64,000 nucleotides of DNA from positions 333,056 to 397,055 of the forward strand of contig DATKBT010000125.1 in the NCBI GenBank assembly GCA_035546295.1. The letters run 5' to 3'. Origin of the DNA: Thermoanaerobaculia bacterium (lineage in GTDB: Bacteria > Acidobacteriota > Thermoanaerobaculia > Multivoradales > Multivoraceae). Every line of letters begins with the position of its first letter. The stretch's first letter is position 1. Shown one piece after another: positions 44,405 through 53,596 of the stretch. The notes under the pieces were generated by a model, which ran no database searches, was not told the DNA's origin, and saw only the letters and a program-made list of their open reading frames with translations. Made by a program: the position numbers and the translations under genes.

Positions 44405-44851
44405 ATGAAGGTCATCCTCCTCAGCGACCTCCGGCAGGCCGGCAAGCGGGGCGACGTGGTCTCGGTCAAGCCGGGCTTCGCCCGCAACTACCTGCTCCCC
44501 AAGAAGCTCGCGACCCCGGCCACTCCGGGCAACCTCAAGTGGTTCGAGGAGCAGCGCTCCAAGATCGATGCCCGCCACGCCGACGAGCGCAATGCGGCCG
44601 CCGAGATCGCCGCGCAGCTCGCCTCGATCAAGCTCGAGATCGCCAAGCGGGCGGGGGAGAACGAGACCCTCTACGGATCGGTGACCTCCGCCGAGATCGA
44701 GGAGGCGCTCGCTGCGCGCGGGGTCACTGTCGACCGGCGCTCGATCGACCTGGGCGGCGGCATCAAGACGCTCGGCGAGCACGTCGTCCGGATCGACCTC
44801 CATTCCGAGGTCATCGCCGAGGTCGAGCTGACGGTCGTCCCGGAGACCTGA
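44405..44851 (+). CDS. rplI: 50S ribosomal protein L9
   Basis: MKVILLSDLRQAGKRGDVVSVKPGFARNYLLP. Confidence 0.9.
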   Translation: MKVILLSDLRQAGKRGDVVSVKPGFARNYLLPKKLATPATPGNLKWFEEQRSKIDARHADERNAAAEIAAQLASIKLEIAKRAGENETLYGSVTSAEIEEALAARGVTVDRRSIDLGGGIKTLGEHVVRIDLHSEVIAEVELTVVPET

Positions 44852-44896
44852 CGGCGGGCGTGGGGACCGGCCGGCTCACGACCGGCCAGGCGATCC

Positions 44897-46099
44897 TTGA
44901 GACACGACCCGCATGGTCCAGGCGCGCCCGACGGGGATGGTGGGCGGGAGCCCGTGATTGGCCGGTTCGTCGGCGAGCCGACACGGGACCTGGCGGAGTG
45001 GTTCGAGCTCTGGACTCGCGACCTCCGCTTCCCGCTGCGCAGTCGCCGGAAGGGCGCGCTGGGCAGCCTCGCCGTGCTCGCGCGCCGCGCACTGCGCCCG
45101 CTGGTGCGTTTCGGCGGCGGCGATCTGTGGGATCGTCAGCAGGTCTTCAACCTGATCCTGCTCGAGAAGCTCCAGGAGCTCGAGCGCGCCGGCGCCGATC
45201 TCGAGGCGCGGCTCTCGCGGCTCGAGACCTTCGCGCGCGAGGGGGTCGACCAGGTCCTGCGCCACAACGACGCCCTGTTCAGCCGGCTCGACCAGAAGGT
45301 CGACCTCTACCGGCGCGGAGTCCGTGATCTCTCGTCCCAGCTCGGCGCTGCGCTCGCCCTCGCCGAGGGCAGCCCTGCCCCGGCCAGGACCCTGGCCGAG
45401 CACGCGGCCGCGATGCGCTACGCGGGGTTCGAGGACCGCCACCGCGGCACCGAGGAGGAGATCGCCACGCGGGTGGAGCGCTATCTCGGCGAGCTGGCGG
45501 GCTGCAGCCCGATCCTCGACCTCGGATGCGGTCGCGGCGAGGCGCTCGCCGCCTTCCGAGCCGCCGGCCACCAGGCGAGGGGCGTCGACCTGAGCGCCGC
45601 GATGGTCGCGCGCTGTCGCGAACGAGGCCTCGACGCGGTGCAGGGCGACCTGATCGAGGTGTTGGCGCAGTCCGAGCCGGGATCCCTCGGCGGCGTGGTC
45701 TCCTTCCACGTCGTCGAGCACCTCCCGCCGGAGGTCGTCGATCGTCTGCTGACGCTCGCCTGGCGCGCGCTGCGGGACGGCGGCAAGCTGATCCTCGAGA
45801 CGCCGAACCCCGAGTCGCTGGTGGCCGGCGCCAGCCGCTTCTGGCTGGACCCGACGCACCGGCGGCCGGTCCATCCCGAACGGCTCGCCAGCGCGGCGCG
45901 ACAGGCCGGCTTCGAGTCCGTCGAGATCCGGCCGTGCAGCCCCTTCGGCCGCGAGGAATCGCTGCCGGAGGTGTCGCTCCACGGGCTCGAAGGCGCGCCG
46001 CGCGATCTCGCCGATGCGGTCAACCGGCTGCGCGACCGGCTCGACGACCTGCTCTACGGCGACCAGGACTACGCCCTGGTCGCCACCAGAACTGCCTAG
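44897..46099 (+). CDS. class I SAM-dependent methyltransferase with an N-terminal coiled-coil region
   Basis: LDLGCGRGEALAAF (motif I) and LRDGGKLILETP (post-I). The start is uncertain: TTG at 44897 or GTG at about 44954. Confidence 0.7.
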   Translation: MRHDPHGPGAPDGDGGREPVIGRFVGEPTRDLAEWFELWTRDLRFPLRSRRKGALGSLAVLARRALRPLVRFGGGDLWDRQQVFNLILLEKLQELERAGADLEARLSRLETFAREGVDQVLRHNDALFSRLDQKVDLYRRGVRDLSSQLGAALALAEGSPAPARTLAEHAAAMRYAGFEDRHRGTEEEIATRVERYLGELAGCSPILDLGCGRGEALAAFRAAGHQARGVDLSAAMVARCRERGLDAVQGDLIEVLAQSEPGSLGGVVSFHVVEHLPPEVVDRLLTLAWRALRDGGKLILETPNPESLVAGASRFWLDPTHRRPVHPERLASAARQAGFESVEIRPCSPFGREESLPEVSLHGLEGAPRDLADAVNRLRDRLDDLLYGDQDYALVATRTA

Positions 46100-46135
46100 C
46101 CTCCGAATGTGCTGGCTAGCACATTCTCCGGCTAG
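46096..46135. repeat. palindromic element CTAGCCTCCGAATGTGCT-GGCT-AGCACATTCTCCGGCTAG
   Basis: 9-bp stem GAATGTGCT/AGCACATTC with a 4-nt loop, starting at the methyltransferase stop codon and followed by ATTCTTTCG. It is a likely terminator and belongs to the palindrome family. Confidence 0.6.
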
Positions 46136-46158
46136 ATTCTTTCGCGGCTCCAAGCGCC

Positions 46159-46220
46159 TTCGGCGCGTCGCCGCGGACAGCCGTAGAACCGGGTAGCGAA
46201 TACCCGGACAGGCTCCTCTA
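46159..46220. repeat. 62-bp direct repeat, copy 1 (contains hairpin CCGGGTA-GCGAA-TACCCGG)
   Basis: About 58/62 identical to copy 2 at 46351..46412. In copy 1 the stem-closing pair is A-T; in copy 2 it is G·T (a wobble in RNA). Confidence 0.6.
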
Positions 46221-46257
46221 GGCCTCCGAATGTGCTGGTAGCACATTCTCCGGCTAC
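46218..46257. repeat. palindromic element CTAGGCCTCCGAATGTGCT-GGT-AGCACATTCTCCGGCTAC
   Basis: Second copy of the GAATGTGCT/AGCACATTC hairpin, 122 bp downstream of the first. Confidence 0.6.
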
Positions 46258-46350
46258 TTATGCTCCCGGCTCCACTCCGAGCTGAGGCGAAGACGAAGCG
46301 AGAAGCGGAGAGGTACGCTGAGCCCTGCGAAGCGCGCCGAGCCCCGCGCA

Positions 46351-46412
46351 TTCGGCGCGTCGCCGGGGAACAGCCGTAGAACCGGGTGGCGAATACCCGG
46401 ACAGGCTCCTCT
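46351..46412. repeat. 62-bp direct repeat, copy 2, abutting the PBP1A stop
   Basis: TTCGGCGCGTCGCCGGGGAACAGCCGTAGAACCGGGTGGCGAATACCCGGACAGGCTCCTCTA; see copy 1. Confidence 0.6.
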
Positions 46413-48947
46413 CTACCCGCTGGTCTTCTGCTTCCCGTCGTCTCTCTGGACCAGGCTCCAGTCCTCGATGTCCTCGGGCATGTTCTCGCCGTCCTTGGGC
46501 TTGCCGTAGAACGCGCGCTGCTGGTACCAGGGGAGCTGGAGGATGCGTGCCCACTCGGGGCTGTACTCCTGGACGGGCTCGGTGCCGAGGAGGAAGGCCT
46601 CGTCGAGGGTCTCGGTCGCCGCCGAGGTGGCGAGCAGGCCGGTGTCGTAGTCGACGCGACGGAAGACGATGCCCGGCGGCGGCAGAAAGCCTCCCTCCGA
46701 CTCGGCGATCCAGCCCTCCTCGAGCCCGTGCTCGACGATCCGCTTCCAGATCGGGAGGGCGGCGATGGCGCCGGTCATGTTGCGTCCGATCCGCTGCTTC
46801 TTGTCGAAGCCGACCCACACTCCAATCGACAGCTCCGGCGTGAAGCCCATGAACCAGGCATCGGTGAAGCCGTCGGTGGTTCCCGTCTTGCCCGCGATCG
46901 GCACCGGCAGCGACGCGAGCGCGGTGGCGGTTCCGTGCAGCACCACGCCGCGCAGGCTGTAGATCAGCAGGTAGGCGATCTGCGGGTCCATCGCCTGCGA
47001 GGTGTTGATCTGATGCTGGTGGATGGCCCGGCCGGAGGGCGTGCTCACGCGCTCGACCAGGTAGGGCTCGACCCAGATCCCCTGGTTGGCGATGGCGGCG
47101 TAGCCCGCGGTCAGCTCGAGCGGGGTCAGCTCGGCGACCCCGAGGGCGAGGCTGGGGAAGGGCGGCAGCGGCGAGCTCAGGCCGCAGCGGCGGGCGAAGT
47201 CGACCACCTTCTCGACGCCGACCAGGTCCTGGAGCTTGACGGCGGTGACGTTGATCGACTTCTCGAGCGCGCGCCGCAGCGTCAGGATGCCGTTGTACTC
47301 GCGATAGAAGTTCCGCGGGCTGTAACTGGCGAGCTGGTCTCCCCCCATGAACACCGCCGGGGCGTCGAACAGCGTGTCTGCGGGCGTGTAACCGGCCTCG
47401 TACGCCGCCCCGTAGACGAAGGGCTTGAACGCGGATCCCGGTTGGCGTCTGGCCTGGATGGCGCGGTTGAACTCGTTGCGCTGCTCGTCCCAGCCGCCGA
47501 CCAGGGCGCGTACGGCGCCAGTGGCCGAGTCGAGAACGACGACGGCGCCCTCGAGCCTCGGCTCCTGGGCGAGCTCGAGTCGCAAGGGCAGAGGCTCCGG
47601 CTCCTTGGCCGCCGCTTCCCCCTCCGCTGCGGCTTCGATCTCGACCGCGGCGTCGGCAGCCTCTTCCTGGGCGTGGATCGTGAACCACGCGACGTCTCCC
47701 ACCTTCAGCACGTCGCTGGGTCGGCTCTTGCGGGTCCAGGCGACCTGCTCGGGACCGATCTCGAAGCGCCGCTCGCCCACCTTGATCGTCGCGGTGGACC
47801 GTTCCACGGCGAGCACGAGTCCCTCGACCCAGTCGCCGGGGGCCAGGTCCTGGGTGCTCCAGGAGGCGAGCTCGGCGGCCTCGAGCTCGTCGACGTCGAG
47901 GTGCTGGTGCGCGCCCCGCCAGCCGTGGATCATCTGGTCGATGCGGACCAGGCCCCAGCGCAGCGCCTCCTCGGCAGCGCTCTGGAACCGGGGCTCGACC
48001 GTGGTCGTCACCTGGAGGCCGCGCTCGTAGAGCCCCTCCTCGCCGTACCGCTCGTAGAGCTCGCGCCGCACCGCCTCCGCGAAGTAGGAGCCAGGCCGGC
48101 GGTCGCGGCGGCGGGGCGCGATGGACAGCGGCTCGGCGGCTGCTGCCGTGAACTCCTCGGCGGTGATGTGACCCTCGTCGAGCATCCGGCCGAGCACCAG
48201 GTTGCGTCGCGCGGTCATGAACTCGGGTTTGCGGATCGGGCTCCACTCCGACGGCCGTTTCAGGATCGCCACCAACGTCGCCGCTTCGGGCAGCGTGAGG
48301 TCGGCCGCCGGCTTGTCGAAGTAGAAACGGGCGGCGGACTCGAAGCCGTAGTTGCCGTGGCCGAGGTTCATCACGTTGGCGTACAGCGTCAGGATCTGCT
48401 GCTTGCTCAGGGTCTTCTCGAGCTCGACGGCGCGGAAGGCCTCGGCGATCTTGCGCTCCCAGCCCCTTCGTCCGGTCCGGGCGGTGCGGTCGAGGAAGAG
48501 AGTGCCCGCCAGCTGCATGGTGATGGTCGAGGCGCCCTCGTGGCGGCCCTTGAAGAGGTTGCGGGCGGCCGCGCGCGCGATGCCGACGGCGTCGACGCCG
48601 CCGTGGCTGAAGAAGTTGGCGTCCTCCATCGCCACCAGCGCATTCTGGAGGACCTCTGGAACCTCCCCCTCCTCGAGCATCACGCGGCTCTTGTTGAAGT
48701 ATTGCCGGTAGACTCCGCCGCCGCTGTCGTAGAGCTGTGTGATCAGCTCCGGCGAGTACTCGGTGATCGAGTCGACCTCAGGGATGTGGATGGTCGCCGC
48801 AAAACCGGCGCCGAGCAGGGCGCCGACGATCACGGCGGCGGGAAGCGGCAGCAGCCAGCGCACCAGGCGCCGCTTCACTCGCTGGGCCGGCCGGCGTGAG
48901 ACCGGCGGAGAGGGCTCGGGGCTGGGAGGAGGAGACTCGGTGGGCAA
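46413..48947 (-). CDS. mrcA: penicillin-binding protein 1A (bifunctional glycosyltransferase/transpeptidase)
   Basis: 844 aa; GT51 motifs (EDANFFSHGGVD, GASTITMQLA), transpeptidase motifs, and an N-terminal TM anchor; TTG start. Confidence 0.9.
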   Translation of the reverse strand: MPTESPPPSPEPSPPVSRRPAQRVKRRLVRWLLPLPAAVIVGALLGAGFAATIHIPEVDSITEYSPELITQLYDSGGGVYRQYFNKSRVMLEEGEVPEVLQNALVAMEDANFFSHGGVDAVGIARAAARNLFKGRHEGASTITMQLAGTLFLDRTARTGRRGWERKIAEAFRAVELEKTLSKQQILTLYANVMNLGHGNYGFESAARFYFDKPAADLTLPEAATLVAILKRPSEWSPIRKPEFMTARRNLVLGRMLDEGHITAEEFTAAAAEPLSIAPRRRDRRPGSYFAEAVRRELYERYGEEGLYERGLQVTTTVEPRFQSAAEEALRWGLVRIDQMIHGWRGAHQHLDVDELEAAELASWSTQDLAPGDWVEGLVLAVERSTATIKVGERRFEIGPEQVAWTRKSRPSDVLKVGDVAWFTIHAQEEAADAAVEIEAAAEGEAAAKEPEPLPLRLELAQEPRLEGAVVVLDSATGAVRALVGGWDEQRNEFNRAIQARRQPGSAFKPFVYGAAYEAGYTPADTLFDAPAVFMGGDQLASYSPRNFYREYNGILTLRRALEKSINVTAVKLQDLVGVEKVVDFARRCGLSSPLPPFPSLALGVAELTPLELTAGYAAIANQGIWVEPYLVERVSTPSGRAIHQHQINTSQAMDPQIAYLLIYSLRGVVLHGTATALASLPVPIAGKTGTTDGFTDAWFMGFTPELSIGVWVGFDKKQRIGRNMTGAIAALPIWKRIVEHGLEEGWIAESEGGFLPPPGIVFRRVDYDTGLLATSAATETLDEAFLLGTEPVQEYSPEWARILQLPWYQQRAFYGKPKDGENMPEDIEDWSLVQRDDGKQKTSG

Positions 48948-48969
48948 GGGCGACCCCGCGGCAGACCCT

Positions 48970-48980
48970 CCTATTATAGG
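48970..48980. promoter_or_regulatory. perfect AT-rich palindrome CCTATTATAGG between divergent PBP1A and uvrB-operon starts
   Basis: Reads as TATTAT on the plus strand and TATAAT on the minus strand, so it is a candidate shared -10 element or operator. The half-site ATTATAGG recurs at about 34316. Confidence 0.3.
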
Positions 48981-49031
48981 GTCGAGCGCCGCTCGCCGCT
49001 GCGCGCGCGCCGATTCGCCTCAGATCCCGCC

Positions 49032-49598
49032 GTGACCAACGCTGCGACCCCCGCCGATCCGACCCGTGTCGAGGACGTTCCGCCGCTCCCCCAGCCCTGG
49101 CGTGCGGACAGCAGAACGGTGGAGCCGGCGCCGCGGCGCGCCGGGTGCGCCCTGCCGGCGGTGCTGGGCTGCGGCTGCATCGCGGTGCTCACCGGCGTCG
49201 GGTTCTTGCTGATGGTCAGCAACGCCAGGGGCCTGGTCGAGTGGCAGCTGCGACCGTTGCGTCGCGCGGTCGAGGCGGGACTTCCAAGAGAGGTCTCCGG
49301 ATCGGAGCGGCGACGCTTCGAGGCGGGCTTCGACGCGTTGCCGGATGCCCTCACCGGCGGCAAGCTCGACGCTGGGACCGTCTGGCGCTTCCAACGCCAG
49401 CTCGCCGAGACCGCTGCTTTGGCTCAGGCCGAGACCCTGGATCGAGAGGCCGCGATGGCCCTGTTGACGGCGCTGGAACGGATCGTGGCCGAGGCGGCGG
49501 CGGAGCCCGCGCCGGCTCGCGCCCCCGGGGCCGAGGGCGTCGAGGCCTCTCGACGGTTCGGCCCGCGCGCATTCCGCTGGAGCTCGGTCCCGTCATGA
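49032..49598 (+). CDS. hypothetical single-TM protein translationally coupled to uvrB
   Basis: GTG start; one hydrophobic helix ([23 protein letters not shown]); its stop overlaps the uvrB ATG (ATGA). No recognisable domain. Confidence 0.4.
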   Translation: MTNAATPADPTRVEDVPPLPQPWRADSRTVEPAPRRAGCALPAVLGCGCIAVLTGVGFLLMVSNARGLVEWQLRPLRRAVEAGLPREVSGSERRRFEAGFDALPDALTGGKLDAGTVWRFQRQLAETAALAQAETLDREAAMALLTALERIVAEAAAEPAPARAPGAEGVEASRRFGPRAFRWSSVPS

Positions 49599-51592
49599 GC
49601 CGGCGCCTCGACCAGACCTTCGAGCTCCAGTCCCACTTCCGGCCGCAGGGGGACCAGCCGGCCGCGATCGAGCAGCTCGTGGCCGGGCTCGAGGCGGGCG
49701 ACCGCGAGCAGGTGCTGCTCGGCGTCACCGGCTCGGGCAAGACCTTCACCGTGGCCGAGGCGCTGGCCCGGACCAACCGTCCCACCCTCGTGCTGTCGCA
49801 CAACAAGACCCTCGCGGCGCAGCTCTACCAGGAGTTCCGGCATTTCTTCCCCAACAACGCGGTGGAGTACTTCGTCTCCTACTACGACTACTACCAGCCG
49901 GAGGCCTACGTCCCGCAGAGCGACACCTATATCGAGAAGGAGACCTCGATCAACGACGAGATCGAGCGGCTCCGGCTGCGCGCCACGACCTCGATCTTCG
50001 AGCGTCGCGACGTGTTGATCGTCGCCTCGGTGTCGTGCATCTACGGGCTCGGCTCGCCGGAGGCCTTCTACGGCATGCTGCGCTTCTTCGCCCGTGGCGC
50101 GCAGCAGCCGCTGGAGGAGGCGACCCGGGCGCTCGCCGACATGCAGTACGAGCGCACCCAGCTCGACCTGTTCCACGGCTCGTTTCGGGTGCGGGGCGAC
50201 GCGCTCGAGGTCCTGCCCTCGTACGACGACCGCGGCATTCGAATCGAGTTCTTCGGAGACGAGATCGAGCGCATCCGGCGTTTCGAGGTGCTCACCGGCA
50301 AGACAGTGGAGGAGATCGACCGGATTCCGATCTATCCGAACAGCCACTACGTGACGCCGGAGGAGCGCATGAAGCGGGCGATCGGTACGATCGAGGAGGA
50401 GCTCGGCCAGCGACTCGACGAGCTGGGTCGCATGGGGCGCCTGCTCGAGGCGCAGCGCCTCGAGCAGCGGACACGCTTCGATCTCGAGATGCTGCGCGAG
50501 ATCGGCACCTGCGCCGGGATCGAGAACTACTCGCGGCACCTCACCGGGCTCGCCCCCGGACAGCCTCCGCCGACCCTGCTCGACTACCTGCCCGACGACT
50601 TCCTGCTGGTGGTCGACGAGAGCCATCAGACCCTTCCCCAGGTCCGCGGCATGTTCAACGGCGACCGCGCGCGCAAGGAGACGCTGGTCGAATACGGCTT
50701 CCGGCTGCCCAGCGCGCTCGACAACCGGCCCTTGACCTTCGACGAGTTCGACGCCCGCTGCGGACAGCGCATCTACGTCTCGGCGACGCCGGGTCCGCTC
50801 GAGCTCGAGCGCACCGCCGGAGTCTTCGTCGAGCAGGTGATCCGTCCCACCGGCCTGCTCGACCCCGGGATCGAGGTTCGCCCTTCAGCGGGCCAGATCG
50901 ACGACCTGGTCGAGCGCATCCGCGAGGTCGTGGAGCGCGGGGAGCGTGTGCTGGTGACCACCCTGACGAAGCGCATGGCCGAAGAGCTGACCCAGTACCT
51001 GGCCGAGCTCGGCATCCGGGTCCAGTACCTGCACAGCGACATCGACACGCTCGAGCGGGTCCAGATCACCACCGGCCTGCGCCGCGGCGATTTCGACGTG
51101 CTGGTGGGGATCAACCTGCTGCGCGAGGGTCTCGACCTGCCGGAGGTCTCGCTGGTGGCCGTGATCGACGCCGACAAGGAAGGATTCCTGCGCAGCGAGA
51201 CCTCGCTGATCCAGACCGCGGGGCGCGCGGCACGCAACGTCAACGGCCGCGTGGTGTTCTACGCCGACCGCGTCACCGATTCGATGCAGCGCGCGATCGA
51301 CGAGACCGCGCGCCGCCGACGCAAGCAGGAAGAGCACAATCGCAAGCATGGCATCGTGCCGGCGTCGATCCTCAAGGAGATCTACAGCCCGCTGGTGCAG
51401 ATGAGCAACCTCGACTACCTCCAGCCGCAGGCCCTCGAGGTCGCCGAGGACGACTCCCGGCCCCTGCGCGAGCGGATCGACACGCTGGAGAAGGAGATGC
51501 GGGCGGCCGCGAAGCGGCTCGAGTTCGAGGAGGCGGCGGTGCTGCGCGACCGCCTCAAGGAGCTTCGCGAGCTGCAGATCCTGGCAAGGTAG
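49595..51592 (+). CDS. uvrB: excinuclease ABC subunit B
   Basis: GVTGSGKTF Walker A, beta-hairpin region and C-terminal UVR domain ([15 protein letters not shown]); 665 aa. Confidence 0.95.
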   Translation: MSRRLDQTFELQSHFRPQGDQPAAIEQLVAGLEAGDREQVLLGVTGSGKTFTVAEALARTNRPTLVLSHNKTLAAQLYQEFRHFFPNNAVEYFVSYYDYYQPEAYVPQSDTYIEKETSINDEIERLRLRATTSIFERRDVLIVASVSCIYGLGSPEAFYGMLRFFARGAQQPLEEATRALADMQYERTQLDLFHGSFRVRGDALEVLPSYDDRGIRIEFFGDEIERIRRFEVLTGKTVEEIDRIPIYPNSHYVTPEERMKRAIGTIEEELGQRLDELGRMGRLLEAQRLEQRTRFDLEMLREIGTCAGIENYSRHLTGLAPGQPPPTLLDYLPDDFLLVVDESHQTLPQVRGMFNGDRARKETLVEYGFRLPSALDNRPLTFDEFDARCGQRIYVSATPGPLELERTAGVFVEQVIRPTGLLDPGIEVRPSAGQIDDLVERIREVVERGERVLVTTLTKRMAEELTQYLAELGIRVQYLHSDIDTLERVQITTGLRRGDFDVLVGINLLREGLDLPEVSLVAVIDADKEGFLRSETSLIQTAGRAARNVNGRVVFYADRVTDSMQRAIDETARRRRKQEEHNRKHGIVPASILKEIYSPLVQMSNLDYLQPQALEVAEDDSRPLRERIDTLEKEMRAAAKRLEFEEAAVLRDRLKELRELQILAR

Positions 51593-51602
51593 CGTCGGCG
51601 CG

Positions 51603-53411
51603 ATGACGCCGAAGCTGGAGGAGCAGATCCGGTCGCTTCCCGACCAGCCCGGGATCTACGTGTTCCGGGACGCCGAAGGCCAGGCGCTCTACGTCGGCAA
51701 GGCGAAGTCGCTCAAGCGGCGCGTCATCCACTACCTCGGAGCGCAGTCCGAAGCGCGGTTGCAGACGATGGTCGACGAGGCGGTCGACCTCGAGTTCCTG
51801 GTCACCGGCTCCGAGGCCGACGCGCTGGCGGTCGAGAACGCCTGGATCAAGGACCGGATGCCGCGCTACAACATCAGGCTGCGCGACGACAAGACCTACC
51901 CCTACCTCAAGCTCACCCTGGCCGAGGAGTATCCGCGGATCGCCTTCACGCGCCGCATCCGGCGCGACGGCGCCGAGTACTACGGTCCCTACCTGCCGGC
52001 CGGCCTGGCGCGGCGCGCGATCAAGCTGGTTCAGAAGCTGTTCGGCGTGCGGGTGTGCCGGATCGAAATCGACGGGCAGCTTCCTCGCCCCTGTCTCTAC
52101 TACGACATGCGCCGCTGCCTCGGGCCCTGCGTCGAGGGCCTGACCACCCGCGAGGAGTACGGCCGTGCGGTCGAGCGTGCGCGGCTGTTCCTCGCCGGCA
52201 AGAACGACGCGCTGGTCTCCGAGCTGCGCCAGCAGATGCTCGAGTCCGCGGACCGGGAGGAGTTCGAGACGGCGGCGAGGCTGCGCGACACGATCTCCGA
52301 GGTCGAGTCGATCTCGCAACGCCGCCGGCTGGCCGCCGATCGGGCGGAGGACGTCGACATCTACGGGGTGCACGTCGAGGGCGGCAACGCCGCGGTGAGC
52401 GCTCTGATCATGCGCGGCGGCCAGGTGCTCGATCGCCGCGAGCTGTTCTGGGAGGACGCCGGGGACGTGTCGCCCGAGCGGCTGCTCTCCGAGCTGCTGC
52501 CCCAGATCTACGATCGCACCACCTTCATTCCCAAGGAGATCCACCTGCCGGCCCCGGTCGAGGGTGAGGAGGCGCTGGGCGAGTGGCTGAGCGAGCGGCG
52601 GGGGAGCCGGGTCTTCATCCGCCTGCCGTCGCGGGGGCCGCGCGCCCACCGCATCGCGCTCGCGCACCAGAACGCCAAGATGGCCTTCCGTCGGCGTTTC
52701 CGAGCCGCCCAGGCGATCCCGGCCGGCGCGCTGGCGCTGGCCCGAGAGCTGGATCTCACCGAGCCACCGCGGCGGATCGAGGGCTTCGACATCTCCACCT
52801 TCCATGGGTCCGAGACCGTGGCGTCGCTGGTGGTCTGGCACGAGGGGAGGATGCGCAAGGGCGAGTACCGGAGCTTCAACATCCGCGGCGTCGATCGCAC
52901 CGACGACTTCGAGTCGATCCGTCAGGCGGTCGAACGCCGCTACCGGCGGCGGCTCGAGGAGGTCGGCGAGATGCCGGACCTGATCCTGATCGACGGCGGG
53001 CGCGGCCAGCTCAACGCGGCGCTGGCGAGCCTGACCGAGCTCGGCGTCGAGGACACCCCGGTGGTCGGCCTCGCCAAGCGCGAGGAGGAGCTGTACCTGC
53101 CGTCGAGCCCGGAGCCGGTGCGGCTGAGACGGGACCACGCGGGGTTGCAGCTCCTGCAGATGGTTCGCGACGAGGCTCACCGATTCGCGGTGTCCAGGCA
53201 CCGGCGGCGGCGCTCGGCGCGCACCCTCGAGAGCCGCTTCGATCGGCTCCGCGGCGTCGGCGAGGTGAGGCGCAAGCGGCTGATCCGCGCCTTCGGGAGC
53301 TTCCGGGGCGTCGAGGCCGCGAGCCTCGAGGAGCTCACTTCCGTGCTCGGCGAGCGGGTCGCGCGCTCGGTCTTCGACCAGCTCCGTGAGCTCGCCTCAC
53401 GCGATGGGTAG
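51603..53411 (+). CDS. uvrC: excinuclease ABC subunit C
   Basis: GIY-YIG N-terminus (GIYVFRDAEGQALYVGKAKSLKRR), UVR domain, and the Endo V / HhH C-terminus; 602 aa. Confidence 0.95.
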   Translation: MTPKLEEQIRSLPDQPGIYVFRDAEGQALYVGKAKSLKRRVIHYLGAQSEARLQTMVDEAVDLEFLVTGSEADALAVENAWIKDRMPRYNIRLRDDKTYPYLKLTLAEEYPRIAFTRRIRRDGAEYYGPYLPAGLARRAIKLVQKLFGVRVCRIEIDGQLPRPCLYYDMRRCLGPCVEGLTTREEYGRAVERARLFLAGKNDALVSELRQQMLESADREEFETAARLRDTISEVESISQRRRLAADRAEDVDIYGVHVEGGNAAVSALIMRGGQVLDRRELFWEDAGDVSPERLLSELLPQIYDRTTFIPKEIHLPAPVEGEEALGEWLSERRGSRVFIRLPSRGPRAHRIALAHQNAKMAFRRRFRAAQAIPAGALALARELDLTEPPRRIEGFDISTFHGSETVASLVVWHEGRMRKGEYRSFNIRGVDRTDDFESIRQAVERRYRRRLEEVGEMPDLILIDGGRGQLNAALASLTELGVEDTPVVGLAKREEELYLPSSPEPVRLRRDHAGLQLLQMVRDEAHRFAVSRHRRRRSARTLESRFDRLRGVGEVRRKRLIRAFGSFRGVEAASLEELTSVLGERVARSVFDQLRELASRDG

Positions 53412-53596
53412 GAGCCCACGTGCTCCTCTGCGCGCTGAAGGACGACCACGGGGCATCCTGCGGCCGACCGGCGACCTTGACCGCCGGCCTATAATGATCA
53501 ACTGCGTTGGAGCAGCCAACTCGCCCTCGAAGCGCGTGTCTCGGAGCGCCAGACGGGCTGCTGCGAGCTGGCTGGACCTCCGCGACTGGACCACAA

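Noticed and set aside
46159-46412. Possibility that the two 62-bp direct repeats are a CRISPR array
   Set aside because: Only two copies, 130 bp apart with unrelated flanks, no cas genes anywhere in the window, and the repeats contain an internal hairpin typical of REP/terminator elements.
49424-53201. Long minus-strand ORFs 49424..50626 and 51555..53201
   Set aside because: Antisense to uvrB and uvrC.
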